DNA of 58,839 nt from Chloroflexota bacterium (GCA_034434735.1 DAOTYQ010000086.1:1-58839), one strand, 5' to 3'. Positions 47,688-56,937 are shown, counted from the stretch's first letter. Made by a program: numbers and translations. The notes: generated from the sequence alone by a model not told the origin.

Positions 47688-48452
47688 CTACGAACCTCCC
47701 GGGGACGGCGACGGCTCGGGCCGGGCGTACCGGAGCGTCACGGTCCCCGCATAGGCCGGCACGACGACCCGCTCGGGCTCGGCGAAGGAGAGGCCGAGGC
47801 CGAAGGCGTCGACGCGGTTGACGACGAAGTCGACGAAGCCAGCCGAGGCAGTGAGCCGGTCGTAGAGGCCTGGCGGCCCGACGACCGCGATCTGGTACGG
47901 CGGAGCGAGGTACGCGGAGTTGACGAGGACCGACCCGCCGATGTCGAGGATCGCCGTGGAGACCGTCACCCGCTCGCCGTTGACGGCGATGGCCTCGGCC
48001 CCGGCCAGCCAGAGCTCCTCCACGAGGGTCCGGATGTCGTCGCTGTGGACGAGGGCGTCGGCCGGGTTCGCCCCCGGCGGCAACGGTCCGGCCGCGTCGG
48101 TGAGCTGGAGGACGAGACCGGGCCCCTCGACGGCGACGAGGCCGGCCGCGATCCGGGCCGCCTCGATCTGTCGGTTCAGCTCGGCGACGAGGGCGGCGCT
48201 CCCCTCGCCACGTCGCTGGAGCTCGCGGATCTGCTCGTTCAGCTCGAGGATCCGGGCCTTGAGAGCGTCCTGATCGCGCTGGAGCGAGAGGACCGTCTCG
48301 ATGAGCGGTGCCCGTTCCTGCGACGTGTAACGGACCCTGGGCCCCTCGGACCGAAGCTGGGCGGCAACGAGGAACCCGAGGGCGAGCAGGGCAGCTCCAA
48401 GGGTGATCTGCCAGGAGGGAGTCCGCCGGAGGCGGGCGACCAGGTCGCTCAT
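47688..48452 (-). CDS. DUF881-family protein (paralogue)
   Basis: Same architecture as its neighbour: TM helix, coiled coil, and the motifs GPGLVLQL, LVEELWLAGAEAIAVNGERV and PPYQIAVVG. Confidence 0.88.
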   Translation of the reverse strand: MSDLVARLRRTPSWQITLGAALLALGFLVAAQLRSEGPRVRYTSQERAPLIETVLSLQRDQDALKARILELNEQIRELQRRGEGSAALVAELNRQIEAARIAAGLVAVEGPGLVLQLTDAAGPLPPGANPADALVHSDDIRTLVEELWLAGAEAIAVNGERVTVSTAILDIGGSVLVNSAYLAPPYQIAVVGPPGLYDRLTASAGFVDFVVNRVDAFGLGLSFAEPERVVVPAYAGTVTLRYARPEPSPSPGGS

Positions 48453-49870
48453 TCCTTCCCTCCCCCGCCGTCGGCCCCGTCGGGAGGACGGACCGACCGC
48501 CGTCGCCGCCGGATCGCGAGGCCGACCCCAACGGCGGCGAGCCCCAGGACGGCGAGACCGGCGACGGCGGCGCCTCGACCGAGGTCAGCCCCTGCGCCGT
48601 CACCCGGCAGCGCGGGACCAGGGGCGGCCGGGCTCGGACCGGATCCGCCGCCGCCGGTACTGGGACGCGGCTGCGGACTCGCTCCCGGGGCCGCCCGCCA
48701 GTCGTCGGGGATCGGCCCGGGCGGGGCCGGCTGGGGGCCGTAGCGCCTCGGCGGAGCCGCGCCGAGGTCGGCCAGCCAGGCCGCTTCGAAGCCGGCGAGG
48801 TCGACGCCGAGGGCGGCCCGGAACGCCTCGTCGTCGGTGACCCCATCGGCGTAGGCTCGGACGAGGCGGCCCACGGCGTCCCGCCCGAAGCGGCGGACGA
48901 GGAAGTCGACGGCCGAGACGCTCTCGCTGTAGGCGAGGAAGAAGGCGTCCCGGCGGGTCGGGAATTGGGCCGTCAGCCCGGAGAGGGGCTGCAGCGTGCC
49001 GTCCCGAACGGCGGCCGCGACGGCCGAGCGATCGCTCGATCCGTAGCCCTCGGAGAGGTAGACGGCGAGACCCTCGTTCAGCCAGCGCGGCGGAAAGTGG
49101 TAGGGGTTGCGGACCGCCGTGTCGAAGACGAGGTGGGTGAGCTCGTGGGGAATGACGACCCCGACCCAGGGGCTGTCGAGGAGGCCCGGCCCGATCTGGG
49201 CGAAGAGGGTTCGGATCTCGGCGTTGGCCTGCCCCCCGACGTTCTCGCGGGTCCCCGGACCGAGGGCGTCGTAGAAGGCCGCCTGGTCGGCGTAGATGAA
49301 GAAGTCGATCGGCCGCTCCTCGCGGACGCCGAAGAGGGCCTCGGCCGCGGCGACCGCCTCCTCGGCGATCCGGAGGACCCGCGCGCCGAAGGCCGCGCCC
49401 CCCTCGACCCAGTGGACCCGGACGAGATCGCCCGCCCGGGTCTGCCAGCGAAACCGGTCGTCGGCGTAGACGAGGTGGACGGGCGGGCCGAGCCAGGTTC
49501 GGCCGTCGGCGACCGTTAGCCGCCAGCGAGCCGTCAGCGGCGTGTTCGGCAGCAGGTGGGGCCGCTCGACGTCGAGGCTGAAGCCGAGGGTCGTCGTCCC
49601 GGGGTCGGGCGGCGGCACCAGGCGGACCGTGGGGACGGTGCCGTCGGCGATCCAGAGGAGGAACTCGACTCTCGTGACGGGGCCGAGGCCGGAGACCGGC
49701 TGGCGGAACTCGATCGGCCGGCCGAAGCTCACCTCGGCGCTCGGCGTCCCGAAGGTCGGCTCGGCGGCGGCGGCCGCGCCGGCGCCGGCCGCCAGGACCC
49801 CGCCGGCGACGAGCGTCGCACCGAGCCACCGGCCGCGTCGTGATCCCCGCCACTCGGGCATGGCCGTCAC
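48449..49870 (-). CDS. Secreted, C-terminally membrane-anchored zinc metallopeptidase (peptidase MA-like)
   Basis: Signal peptide, HELTH...NEGLAVY (HExxH + E), a Pro-rich linker, and a C-terminal TM helix followed by RRRRR. Confidence 0.8.
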   Translation of the reverse strand: MTAMPEWRGSRRGRWLGATLVAGGVLAAGAGAAAAAEPTFGTPSAEVSFGRPIEFRQPVSGLGPVTRVEFLLWIADGTVPTVRLVPPPDPGTTTLGFSLDVERPHLLPNTPLTARWRLTVADGRTWLGPPVHLVYADDRFRWQTRAGDLVRVHWVEGGAAFGARVLRIAEEAVAAAEALFGVREERPIDFFIYADQAAFYDALGPGTRENVGGQANAEIRTLFAQIGPGLLDSPWVGVVIPHELTHLVFDTAVRNPYHFPPRWLNEGLAVYLSEGYGSSDRSAVAAAVRDGTLQPLSGLTAQFPTRRDAFFLAYSESVSAVDFLVRRFGRDAVGRLVRAYADGVTDDEAFRAALGVDLAGFEAAWLADLGAAPPRRYGPQPAPPGPIPDDWRAAPGASPQPRPSTGGGGSGPSPAAPGPALPGDGAGADLGRGAAVAGLAVLGLAAVGVGLAIRRRRRSVRPPDGADGGGGKE

Positions 49871-51486
49871 TCGCCCCAGGCGAGGCCGGCGAAGCGGAGC
49901 GATCCGAGTCCGTTCTGGCCGGCGCCGAGGAGGCCGGCCCGCGAGAGGGCCCAGCCGTCGCCGTAGGCCACGGGGATGACCGGCACGTCTCGGGCCACGA
50001 TCGTCTCGGCGGCCGTGTAGCCGGTCCGGGCCGCCGCCGGGTCGGCGGTGGCCAGGGCCGCCTCGATGGCCGCATCGAATTCGGGCGAGCTCCAGCCGCC
50101 GTAGTTGTTCGTCCTGCCGGTGCCGAGAAGGAGGCCGAGGAAGTCGTTCGGCCCCGGGTAGTCGGCGATCCAGGAGAGGGCCCAGAAGGCCGGTGGGTCG
50201 TGATCGAGGCGGGCGAAGTAGTCCTCGAAGGGCATCACCTCGGCGGAGGTCGACACGCTGAGGACGGTCCGGATCTCGGAGACGATCGCCTCCTCCCAGC
50301 CCGTGCCGCTGCTCACGAAGGTGATCGGCGGGAACCCGACCCCGTTCGGATACCCGGCCTCGGCGAGGACCGCCCGGGCGCCCTCGGGGTCGTACCGAGG
50401 GCCGAAGTCGCCTTCGGGCCGGCCGGGGATGCCGGGTGGGACCATGCTCGTCGCCGGCGTCGCCGTGCCGCTCGAGGTGAGCTCGACGAGGCGCCGCCAG
50501 TCCACGGCCCAGGCGAAGGCCCGGCGGACGCGCGGGTCGTCGAAGGGCGGTCGGCGGGTGTCGAAGCCGACGTAGGTCAGGCCGAGGGCGGGCACCCTCC
50601 GCAGGGCCGGGCCGAGCTCGCGATCCCAGGCGATCCAGGTCGCGTCACTCGAGTCGATCGGCGTGTAGTCGACCTCGCCGGCCTCGAAGACGGCCACCGG
50701 ACTCCGGCCGCCGAGATCCGTCACGAGCTCCAATCGTCGAATGGCCGGAGCGCCGGCCCAGTAGTGCGCGTTCGCCTCGAGGCTGAGGGCCGCCTCGGAG
50801 ACCGCGGCGAGCCGATAGCCGCCGCTGGCCACGAAGGCGGCCGGCGTGAGGGCCGCCGGATCGTGGCCGACGGCCGGGGGGACGACGGCAAAGGTGGGGC
50901 CGGCGACGATGGCCGGCAGGTCCGCCCCGGGTCGGAGGAGGTCGACGACGACCCGGGTCGGGCCCTCGGTCCGGACGCCGACCTGTTCGGGATCGCGCAC
51001 CGACCCCGTCCGGTAGGCTTCCGCTCCGACGACGTCGTCGAAGAGGGAGGCGAGGGGCGAGGGGGCGGTGGGGTCGATGACCCGGAGCCAGCTCCGGACG
51101 ACGTCGGCGGCCGTGAGCGGCGAGCCGTCGGAGAAGCGGAGGCCCGGTCGGAGATCGAAGACGACGCGCCGGCCGCCGGCCTCGACCGTCCAACCCGCGG
51201 CGAGGGCCGGCCGCAGGACGAGGTCGGCGTCGAAGGTCGTCAGGCTCTCGAAGACGGCGCCGACGACGGCGGCGCTCGCCGCATCGCCCGCCGCCGCCGG
51301 GTCGAGGGTCGCCGGGGGGCCGACGACGATGCGGGCCGTCTCCCGCCCGGCCGCCCGACCGATCTCCGGGCTGGAGCTGCCGACGAGGGCGGCGCCCAGG
51401 GTGAGGAGGACGACCGCCGCGGCCCAGCCGCGGCTCCGTCGGGGGCCGGCCCCACCCCGCCGGCGCCCGCTCAGTGAAGCTGCCAC
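49867..51486 (-). CDS. Family 5 (peptide/nickel type) ABC solute-binding protein, no cognate permease nearby
   Basis: Signal peptide. Motifs TLDPAAAGDAASAAVVGAVFESL, LRFSDGSPLTAADV and GGWSSPEFD. 4-nt overlap with the peptidase gene. Confidence 0.85.
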   Translation of the reverse strand: MAASLSGRRRGGAGPRRSRGWAAAVVLLTLGAALVGSSSPEIGRAAGRETARIVVGPPATLDPAAAGDAASAAVVGAVFESLTTFDADLVLRPALAAGWTVEAGGRRVVFDLRPGLRFSDGSPLTAADVVRSWLRVIDPTAPSPLASLFDDVVGAEAYRTGSVRDPEQVGVRTEGPTRVVVDLLRPGADLPAIVAGPTFAVVPPAVGHDPAALTPAAFVASGGYRLAAVSEAALSLEANAHYWAGAPAIRRLELVTDLGGRSPVAVFEAGEVDYTPIDSSDATWIAWDRELGPALRRVPALGLTYVGFDTRRPPFDDPRVRRAFAWAVDWRRLVELTSSGTATPATSMVPPGIPGRPEGDFGPRYDPEGARAVLAEAGYPNGVGFPPITFVSSGTGWEEAIVSEIRTVLSVSTSAEVMPFEDYFARLDHDPPAFWALSWIADYPGPNDFLGLLLGTGRTNNYGGWSSPEFDAAIEAALATADPAAARTGYTAAETIVARDVPVIPVAYGDGWALSRAGLLGAGQNGLGSLRFAGLAWGE

Positions 51487-51650
51487 CAGGCCATCGTGCG
51501 ACGGGGAATGGCGCCGGCTGGACCTTCGAGCGGGCGAACCTCATCGAGGAGCCGCTCGATGGCGACCGGCGGCCGCCGTGCTCGGCGGGGCGGCATCGGC
51601 TCGGCCGCGAAGCCGGCGAGAAGGGCGACGATGCAGACCCAACGGCGCAT
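51471..51650 (-). CDS. Possible small signal-peptide protein (59 aa)
   Basis: ATG 51650 is followed by MRRWVCIVALLAGFAAEP. TATACT lies 6 nt upstream of the ATG and there is no SD. The ORF overlaps the SBP start by 16 nt. Weak call. Confidence 0.3.
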   Translation of the reverse strand: MRRWVCIVALLAGFAAEPMPPRRARRPPVAIERLLDEVRPLEGPAGAIPRRTMAWWQLH

Positions 51651-51844
51651 GGCCCGAGTATAGGGAGTTCCGCGACCGAGCCCGAGGAGGGCGGCCTCGG
51701 CCGGGCCGGTGCCTGGCGGTCGGTCGGCGACGGCGCATCGGCCCGTGGTCGGCCAACGAAAGGAGGCCCCGCCGAACCACACCGCCGGGGGAACGATGTC
51801 TGGAGCAGGGCCTCGCTTACCCTAACGAGCTCGGCCCCGAAACG

Positions 51845-52897
51845 TTAGGGGTGGGCATCGGTCCCGCGCTCCGATTCCGGCCGTTCGACGACGGCCAGAT
51901 CGCGCCGCCGCCCGAACCGGCGGATGACCCGGTAGCGGTTTCGCTTCGACAGGCGGGCTCGCTCGGGCGGTGGGAGGGTGCTCGACTCGCGGCGCTCGTG
52001 GCGGATCACCGGCAAGCGGAGCGCGATGGCCCGCCGGGGCGGCCGGCCCTCGCCCTCGTCGCGGAGGACGAGGCTCCACCAGACGTCGAGGTAGCGGTCG
52101 AAGCGAAAGCCCTCGTCGAGCGGCCCCCGAGCGACGTAGTCCGAGCGCCGGAAGGCGAGCCAGTCGCCAGCGATGGCCGCCGCCTCGCCCTCGGCGATCT
52201 CCCGGAAATGGCGAAGGTCGGGCGAGACGAGCCCCGGGGTCCCGACGACGGCGACGGACGGGTCGGCCAAAGCGGCGACGGTCGGCCGGACGGCGTCGCC
52301 GACCAGCTCGACCCGCCCATCGGTGAGGACGACGACCTCGGCTGCGGCCCGTCGGATCCCGGCGTTGAGGGCGGCGGCGTGCCCGACGCGAGCAGCCGTC
52401 AGGACGACCTCGGTGGCGAGGCCCGGCCCGCCCGGATCGACGGCGTCGACGAGGGCCAGGGCGGCCGCCTGCTCGGGGCTCGGGTCGTCGCCGACGATGA
52501 CGAGCTGGGTGCCGTCGGGCGCGTGCTCGGTCAGGCTCGCCAGGGCACGCCGGACGTCGGCCGGCCACTCGGTGGCGACGAGGACGATGGTCGCCAGACC
52601 GACCGGGGCCTCCGCGAGACGGGCGGGGACGTCGCCGCTTCGCCCGTAGCGGCGCCGCCCGGCGACCTCGACGGTCGGCGGGTAGGCGCGCGCGAGCCGA
52701 AAGGCGAGGCCGTCGTCGACGATCGCCCAGCCGGCGGCCTCGATCCGAGCCCGGAGGGCATCGGCGGTCGGCCAGTCGCGGTCGGCTCGGGCCTGGGCCC
52801 GGGCCTCGGCGAGGGCGACGATCTCCGACGGCGGGGTTTCGAGGCCGGCCTCGGCGCCGGTGGCGGTGGGTCGCTCGGGTTCGGGATCGGACGGCAC
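51845..52897 (-). CDS. Family 2 glycosyltransferase with an N-terminal CysRS-C-terminal-like helical domain
   Basis: N-terminus ALAEARAQARADRDWPTADALRARIEAAGWAIVDDG resembles the C-terminal motif of cysteinyl-tRNA synthetases. This is followed by a GT-A fold (IVLVAT..., LVIVGDD, AAALNAGIR). Confidence 0.8.
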   Translation of the reverse strand: MPSDPEPERPTATGAEAGLETPPSEIVALAEARAQARADRDWPTADALRARIEAAGWAIVDDGLAFRLARAYPPTVEVAGRRRYGRSGDVPARLAEAPVGLATIVLVATEWPADVRRALASLTEHAPDGTQLVIVGDDPSPEQAAALALVDAVDPGGPGLATEVVLTAARVGHAAALNAGIRRAAAEVVVLTDGRVELVGDAVRPTVAALADPSVAVVGTPGLVSPDLRHFREIAEGEAAAIAGDWLAFRRSDYVARGPLDEGFRFDRYLDVWWSLVLRDEGEGRPPRRAIALRLPVIRHERRESSTLPPPERARLSKRNRYRVIRRFGRRRDLAVVERPESERGTDAHP

Positions 52898-52967
52898 CCG
52901 CCGAGCGTAGCGCGTCCCGCCGCCGTCGGTGGGCGGGACGGTCGACCGTCGGGGGCGAGGTGGGCAC

Positions 52968-53043
52968 TGGCGCCCCCGGAGAGATTCGAACTCCCGACGC
53001 AGGCCTTAGGACGGCCTCGCTCTATCCACTGAGCTACGGGGGC
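52968..53043 (-). tRNA. tRNA-Arg (anticodon CCT), CCA encoded
   Basis: Sequence GCCCCCGTAGCTCAGTGGATAGAGCGAGGCCGTCCTAAGGCCTGCGTCGGGAGTTCGAATCTCTCCGGGGGCGCCA with anticodon loop GTCCTAA. Confidence 0.93.
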
Positions 53044-53129
53044 GCGCCGATTCATCCTACCGCGGGGCGCCCGCCGGGGCGCCGACCGAGCGTTTCGGGC
53101 GACCGACGTACAATCCGACGCCGGAGCCG

Positions 53130-53429
53130 ATGACCGACACCCCTCCCCTCCTCCTCTACCGGCGGGCCGGCTGCCACCTCTGCGACGACGCGCGCTCGGT
53201 CGTCGCTGCCCTCCTGGCTCGACGGGCGGCGGCGGGTCACCCCGTCCCCGACCTCCGAGAGGTCGACATCGAGGCCGACCCGGACCTCGAAGCCCGCTAC
53301 GCCTTCACGATCCCCGTCCTCGAGTTCGGCGGCCAGCGCCTCGAGCTGGCGACGAGCGCCCGTCGCATCGCCGGCTTCCTCGCCCGGATCCTCGGCGAGG
53401 AGGCGTCCGCCGCGGAGGCGCCATCGTGA
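53130..53429 (+). CDS. Glutaredoxin-like protein (DUF836 type)
   Basis: 99 aa with CHLC redox motif and IPVLEFGG. TACAAT at 53109-53114 lies upstream. Confidence 0.8.
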   Translation: MTDTPPLLLYRRAGCHLCDDARSVVAALLARRAAAGHPVPDLREVDIEADPDLEARYAFTIPVLEFGGQRLELATSARRIAGFLARILGEEASAAEAPS

Positions 53430-54235
53430 CCGGCGAGCTGTCCTTCGGCCTCGCCGTGGCGGCCGGCGTCCTCTCCTTCCTCTCGCCCTGCGTCCTGCCC
53501 CTCGTGCCGGCCTACCTCGGCCAGCTCACCGCCGTCGCCGTCGCCGGCAGCGGAGTGGGGCGAGCGAGCCGCTGGCTCGCCCTCCGGCACGCGACGGCCT
53601 ACGTCGCCGGCTTCACGACCGTCTTCACCGTGCTCGGCGTGACGGCGACCTACGCCGCCGGCCCGCTCTTCGACTACGTCGGCCCGGCCCGGACCATCGG
53701 TGGCGTCATCCTCGTCGTCCTCGGGGCGTCCCTCGCCGGCCTCGTCCGGCTGCCGATCCTCGACCGGGTCTGGCGCCCCCTCGAACCCGCCGCCCAGGCC
53801 GGTCTGGCCGGCGCCGCGGCCGGCGTCGTCACGCCGCTCTCTGGTGGCAGCGGCCGGATCGCCGGCTTCGGCCGCTGGCTGGCGACGACCCGATCGGGGC
53901 TCCTCGTCTCCTTCGCCCTCGGTGCCATCTTCGCCGTCGGCTGGACGCCGTGCATCGGGATCGTCCTCGGGGCGATCCTGACCTTGGCGGCGAACAGCGC
54001 CACGGCGGCCGTGGGTGGCCTCCTCCTGGTCGGCTTCTCGCTCGGCCTCGGCATCCCGTTCCTCGCCCTCGGCCTCGTCTACGACCGGGCACCCGCCCTC
54101 GTTCGGCCGATGGTCCGCCGCGGCCGCCTCGTGGCCGGCCTGGGCGGGCTCCTCGTCGCCGCCATCGGCCTGGCGATGATCTTCGACTGGCTGATCCTCC
54201 TGCCCCGCTGGTTCGGCTTCTTCAGCCTTGTCTAG
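53426..54235 (+). CDS. ccdA: Cytochrome c-type biogenesis / thiol-disulfide transporter CcdA (DsbD core)
   Basis: Motif LSFLSPCVLPLVPAYL, a second Cys in GWTPCIG, and six TM segments. Confidence 0.92.
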   Translation: MTGELSFGLAVAAGVLSFLSPCVLPLVPAYLGQLTAVAVAGSGVGRASRWLALRHATAYVAGFTTVFTVLGVTATYAAGPLFDYVGPARTIGGVILVVLGASLAGLVRLPILDRVWRPLEPAAQAGLAGAAAGVVTPLSGGSGRIAGFGRWLATTRSGLLVSFALGAIFAVGWTPCIGIVLGAILTLAANSATAAVGGLLLVGFSLGLGIPFLALGLVYDRAPALVRPMVRRGRLVAGLGGLLVAAIGLAMIFDWLILLPRWFGFFSLV

Positions 54236-54944
54236 TCCGACCGACTTCGCCTCCGGCCCGCCCCCCGTCCGCCGTCGGCTCGCCATCGGCCCCTTTGACG
54301 CCCGCCGGCTCGCCCTCATCATCGTCGTCGTCGGCCTGGCGACCCTCGGCCTCGTCGTCGTCAGCCGTCCGCTCGCCAGCGTCGGACCGGGCGGTCCGCG
54401 GGACCCCGCGGCGACCCCGTACCTCGTCGCCTCCCCGGTCGAGGGACTCGCCCCCGGCGAGTTCGCCCCAGAGCTCGAGATCAGCGGACCCGACGGCGCC
54501 CCGACACCGCTCCGCGATCTCGATGGCCGGCCCGTCCGCCTCGCTGAGCTCCGCGGCCAGGGCGTCTGGCTGAACTTCTGGGCGAGCTGGTGCCCGCCCT
54601 GTCAGGCCGAGACGCCGGTCCTCCGCGACGTCGCCGCCGCCTACGCCAGCCGGGGCCTCGTCCTCGTCGGGATCAGCGTCCAGGAGACGACCGTCGACGA
54701 CGTCCGCGCCTACGCCGAGCGCTACGAGCTCGGCTACGTCGTCGCCGCCGATCTGACGGGCGACGTCTTCCGGCGCTATCGGATCTTCGCCCTGCCGACC
54801 CAGATCTTCATCGACCCGACGGGCCGGGTCCGGCGGATCGTGAACGGCCCCGTCGACGCGGCGCGCGCCGCCCGCTTCGTCGAGGAGATCCTGCCGCCGA
54901 GCGCGCCGTCGGCCGCGCCGTCCGCACCGCCGTCGACGCCCTGA
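54228..54944 (+). CDS. TlpA/ResA-family membrane-anchored thiol-disulfide oxidoreductase
   Basis: TM anchor, WASWCPPC active site and ALPTQIFID. TTG start overlaps the ccdA end by 8 nt. Confidence 0.9.
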   Translation: MSSPTDFASGPPPVRRRLAIGPFDARRLALIIVVVGLATLGLVVVSRPLASVGPGGPRDPAATPYLVASPVEGLAPGEFAPELEISGPDGAPTPLRDLDGRPVRLAELRGQGVWLNFWASWCPPCQAETPVLRDVAAAYASRGLVLVGISVQETTVDDVRAYAERYELGYVVAADLTGDVFRRYRIFALPTQIFIDPTGRVRRIVNGPVDAARAARFVEEILPPSAPSAAPSAPPSTP

Positions 54945-54987
54945 CCTCGGCCGACCCGACCCGCCCGGCCGCGTCGGCCAGGGTTCC

Positions 54988-55854
54988 TCAGGCCGATTCG
55001 GCCGCCAGGGGCTCGAAGCGATAGCGGTCCCGCTCGGCGACGAGCCGCCCGACGGGCGCGGTCGGTTCGTGGGAGCAGACGACGAGCCAGCCTTCGGCGG
55101 CCGCCCGCCGGAAGAGGGCCGCCTTTCGGGCGACCGAGGTGAGGGGAAAGTCGTCGTAGGTCGTGATCCAGCGCGGGTTCGCCGCCCAGGGTCGGGGGGC
55201 GAGGTCGCCGGCGAAGCAGCAGACGCCGTCGCGGCCCCGAACGACGACGACCTGGTGGCCGCCCGAATGGCCGCCGGTCCGGACGACGGACAGGCCCGGC
55301 AGGATCTCGACGTCGCCGTCGACGGCCGAGGCGCTCAGCCGATCGACGAGGGGGCGCAGTCGCGGCTGGTCGTAGGCCATGGCGAGGCGGGCGTTCCGGC
55401 GCAGGGCGATGGCGAGCTCTGCCGCCTGGACGACGACGGACGCCCGTGGGAACCGAAGCCCACCCGTCGCGTCGCCGATCCCGCCGGCGTGGTCGGTGTG
55501 GAGATGGCTGAGGACGACGAGATCGACGTCGCCCGGCCCGAGCCCGGCCTCGGCCAGCGCGCCCTCGACGCTCGGGCCCTCGAAGCCGATCCGGTCGGCC
55601 GTTGCCGGGTCGAGGTCGCCCAACCCGCTCTCGACGAGGACCCGCCGGTCGGCCGTCTCGACGAGGAGGCAGTTGGCGGCGACCCAGACCCGGTCGAGGG
55701 GATCGAGCTCGGCGCGGACGAGCGGTTCCCAGAGGACCCGCGGGACCGGCCCGAAGAGGGCTCCGGCGTCGGTTCGGAAGCGGCCGGCCCGCAGGAGCCG
55801 GATCCGGACGCCGCCGAGGTCGACGTCCCAGCCGACGATGGCCGGACTGCTCAT
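54988..55854 (-). CDS. MBL-fold metallo-hydrolase
   Basis: HxHxDH motif SHLHTDHAGG, with later His/Asp ligands. Confidence 0.88.
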   Translation of the reverse strand: MSSPAIVGWDVDLGGVRIRLLRAGRFRTDAGALFGPVPRVLWEPLVRAELDPLDRVWVAANCLLVETADRRVLVESGLGDLDPATADRIGFEGPSVEGALAEAGLGPGDVDLVVLSHLHTDHAGGIGDATGGLRFPRASVVVQAAELAIALRRNARLAMAYDQPRLRPLVDRLSASAVDGDVEILPGLSVVRTGGHSGGHQVVVVRGRDGVCCFAGDLAPRPWAANPRWITTYDDFPLTSVARKAALFRRAAAEGWLVVCSHEPTAPVGRLVAERDRYRFEPLAAESA

Positions 55855-55864
55855 CGGACCGCCC

Positions 55865-56470
55865 TCATCGGCCGGCCTTCGCTCGCTCGATGATCCGGCG
55901 CCGGGCGTCGAAGTCGCGGTGGAAGGCGGAGGCCGTCGGCTCGGACTGACCCTGGTACTTCGAGCCGAGCTCGGGGCTTCCGTACGGCCGCTCGACCGGC
56001 GAGGTCAGCCGGAAGAAGCTGATCTGCCCGATCTTCATCCCGTAGTAGAGGGCGATCGGGAGGTTGGCGACGTTCGAGAGCTCGAGGGTGAGGTTCCCCT
56101 TCCAGCCCGGGTCGACGTAGCCGGCCGTCGAGTGGATGAGGAGGCCGAGCCGCCCGAGGGAGCTCTTGCCCTCGAGTCGGGCGACGAGGTCGTCGGGCAG
56201 CTCGACCCACTCGAGGGTCTGGCCGAGGACGAACTCGCCGGGGTGGAGGATGAACGGTTCGTCGTCCTCGATCCGGAGGAGCTCGGTCAGGTCGGGCTGG
56301 GGGTTCCGGAGGTCGATGTACGGGTAGCGGTTGTTCCGGAAGACCCGAAAGCTTCGGTCGAGGTGGAGGTCGACCGACGACGGCTGGAGGTCGGCCGGGT
56401 CGTAGGGCCGGATGACGATCCGACCGGCCTCGATGGCGGCCCGGATGTCGCGGTCGGCGAGGACGCTCAC
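55865..56470 (-). CDS. dcd: dCTP deaminase
   Basis: Motifs SSVDLHL and [35 protein letters not shown] start overlaps the nrdR stop (GTGA). Confidence 0.93.
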   Translation of the reverse strand: MSVLADRDIRAAIEAGRIVIRPYDPADLQPSSVDLHLDRSFRVFRNNRYPYIDLRNPQPDLTELLRIEDDEPFILHPGEFVLGQTLEWVELPDDLVARLEGKSSLGRLGLLIHSTAGYVDPGWKGNLTLELSNVANLPIALYYGMKIGQISFFRLTSPVERPYGSPELGSKYQGQSEPTASAFHRDFDARRRIIERAKAGR

Positions 56471-56937
56471 TGGCCGCCTCCGGAGCGATCGGCATAGAGG
56501 GCGTCGACCTCGCGTTTGAGGGTCTCGAGGTCCTCGAAGCTCTGGTAGACCGAGGCGAAGCGGATGTAGGCGATGTGATCGAGCTCGCGCAGCCGGGCCA
56601 TGGCCAGCTCGCCGATCTCGGCCGAGCTCACCTCGGTCGCCCCCCGCGCCCGGAGGCGGGCCTCGATGGCGTCGGCCGCCCGCTCGACCGCGTCGTCGGG
56701 CACGGGCCGCCGGGTAAGGGCCTTGCGGAGGCCGGCGACGAGCTTCGCCCGGTCATACTCCTCGCGGCGGCCGTCGCGCTTCACGACCACGAGGCGGGCC
56801 GTCTCGACGCGCTCGTAGGTCGTGAAGCGAAAGCCGCAGGCCGAGCACTCGCGGCGCCGCCGGATGGCAAAGGCCTCGTCGAGGTCCCGCGAATCGACGA
56901 CCCGCGTGTCGGGGGCCTCGCACTGGGGGCAGCGCAT
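56467..56937 (-). CDS. nrdR: Transcriptional repressor NrdR
   Basis: Zinc ribbon MRCPQC...CSAC, followed by an ATP-cone ([16 protein letters not shown]). Confidence 0.96.
   Translation of the reverse strand: MRCPQCEAPDTRVVDSRDLDEAFAIRRRRECSACGFRFTTYERVETARLVVVKRDGRREEYDRAKLVAGLRKALTRRPVPDDAVERAADAIEARLRARGATEVSSAEIGELAMARLRELDHIAYIRFASVYQSFEDLETLKREVDALYADRSGGGQ

Noticed and set aside
51758-51820. Strong plus-strand SD-like GAAAGGAGG (51758-51766).
   Set aside because: No start codon lies within 5-12 nt. The first ATG is 27 nt away and opens only a 9-codon ORF.
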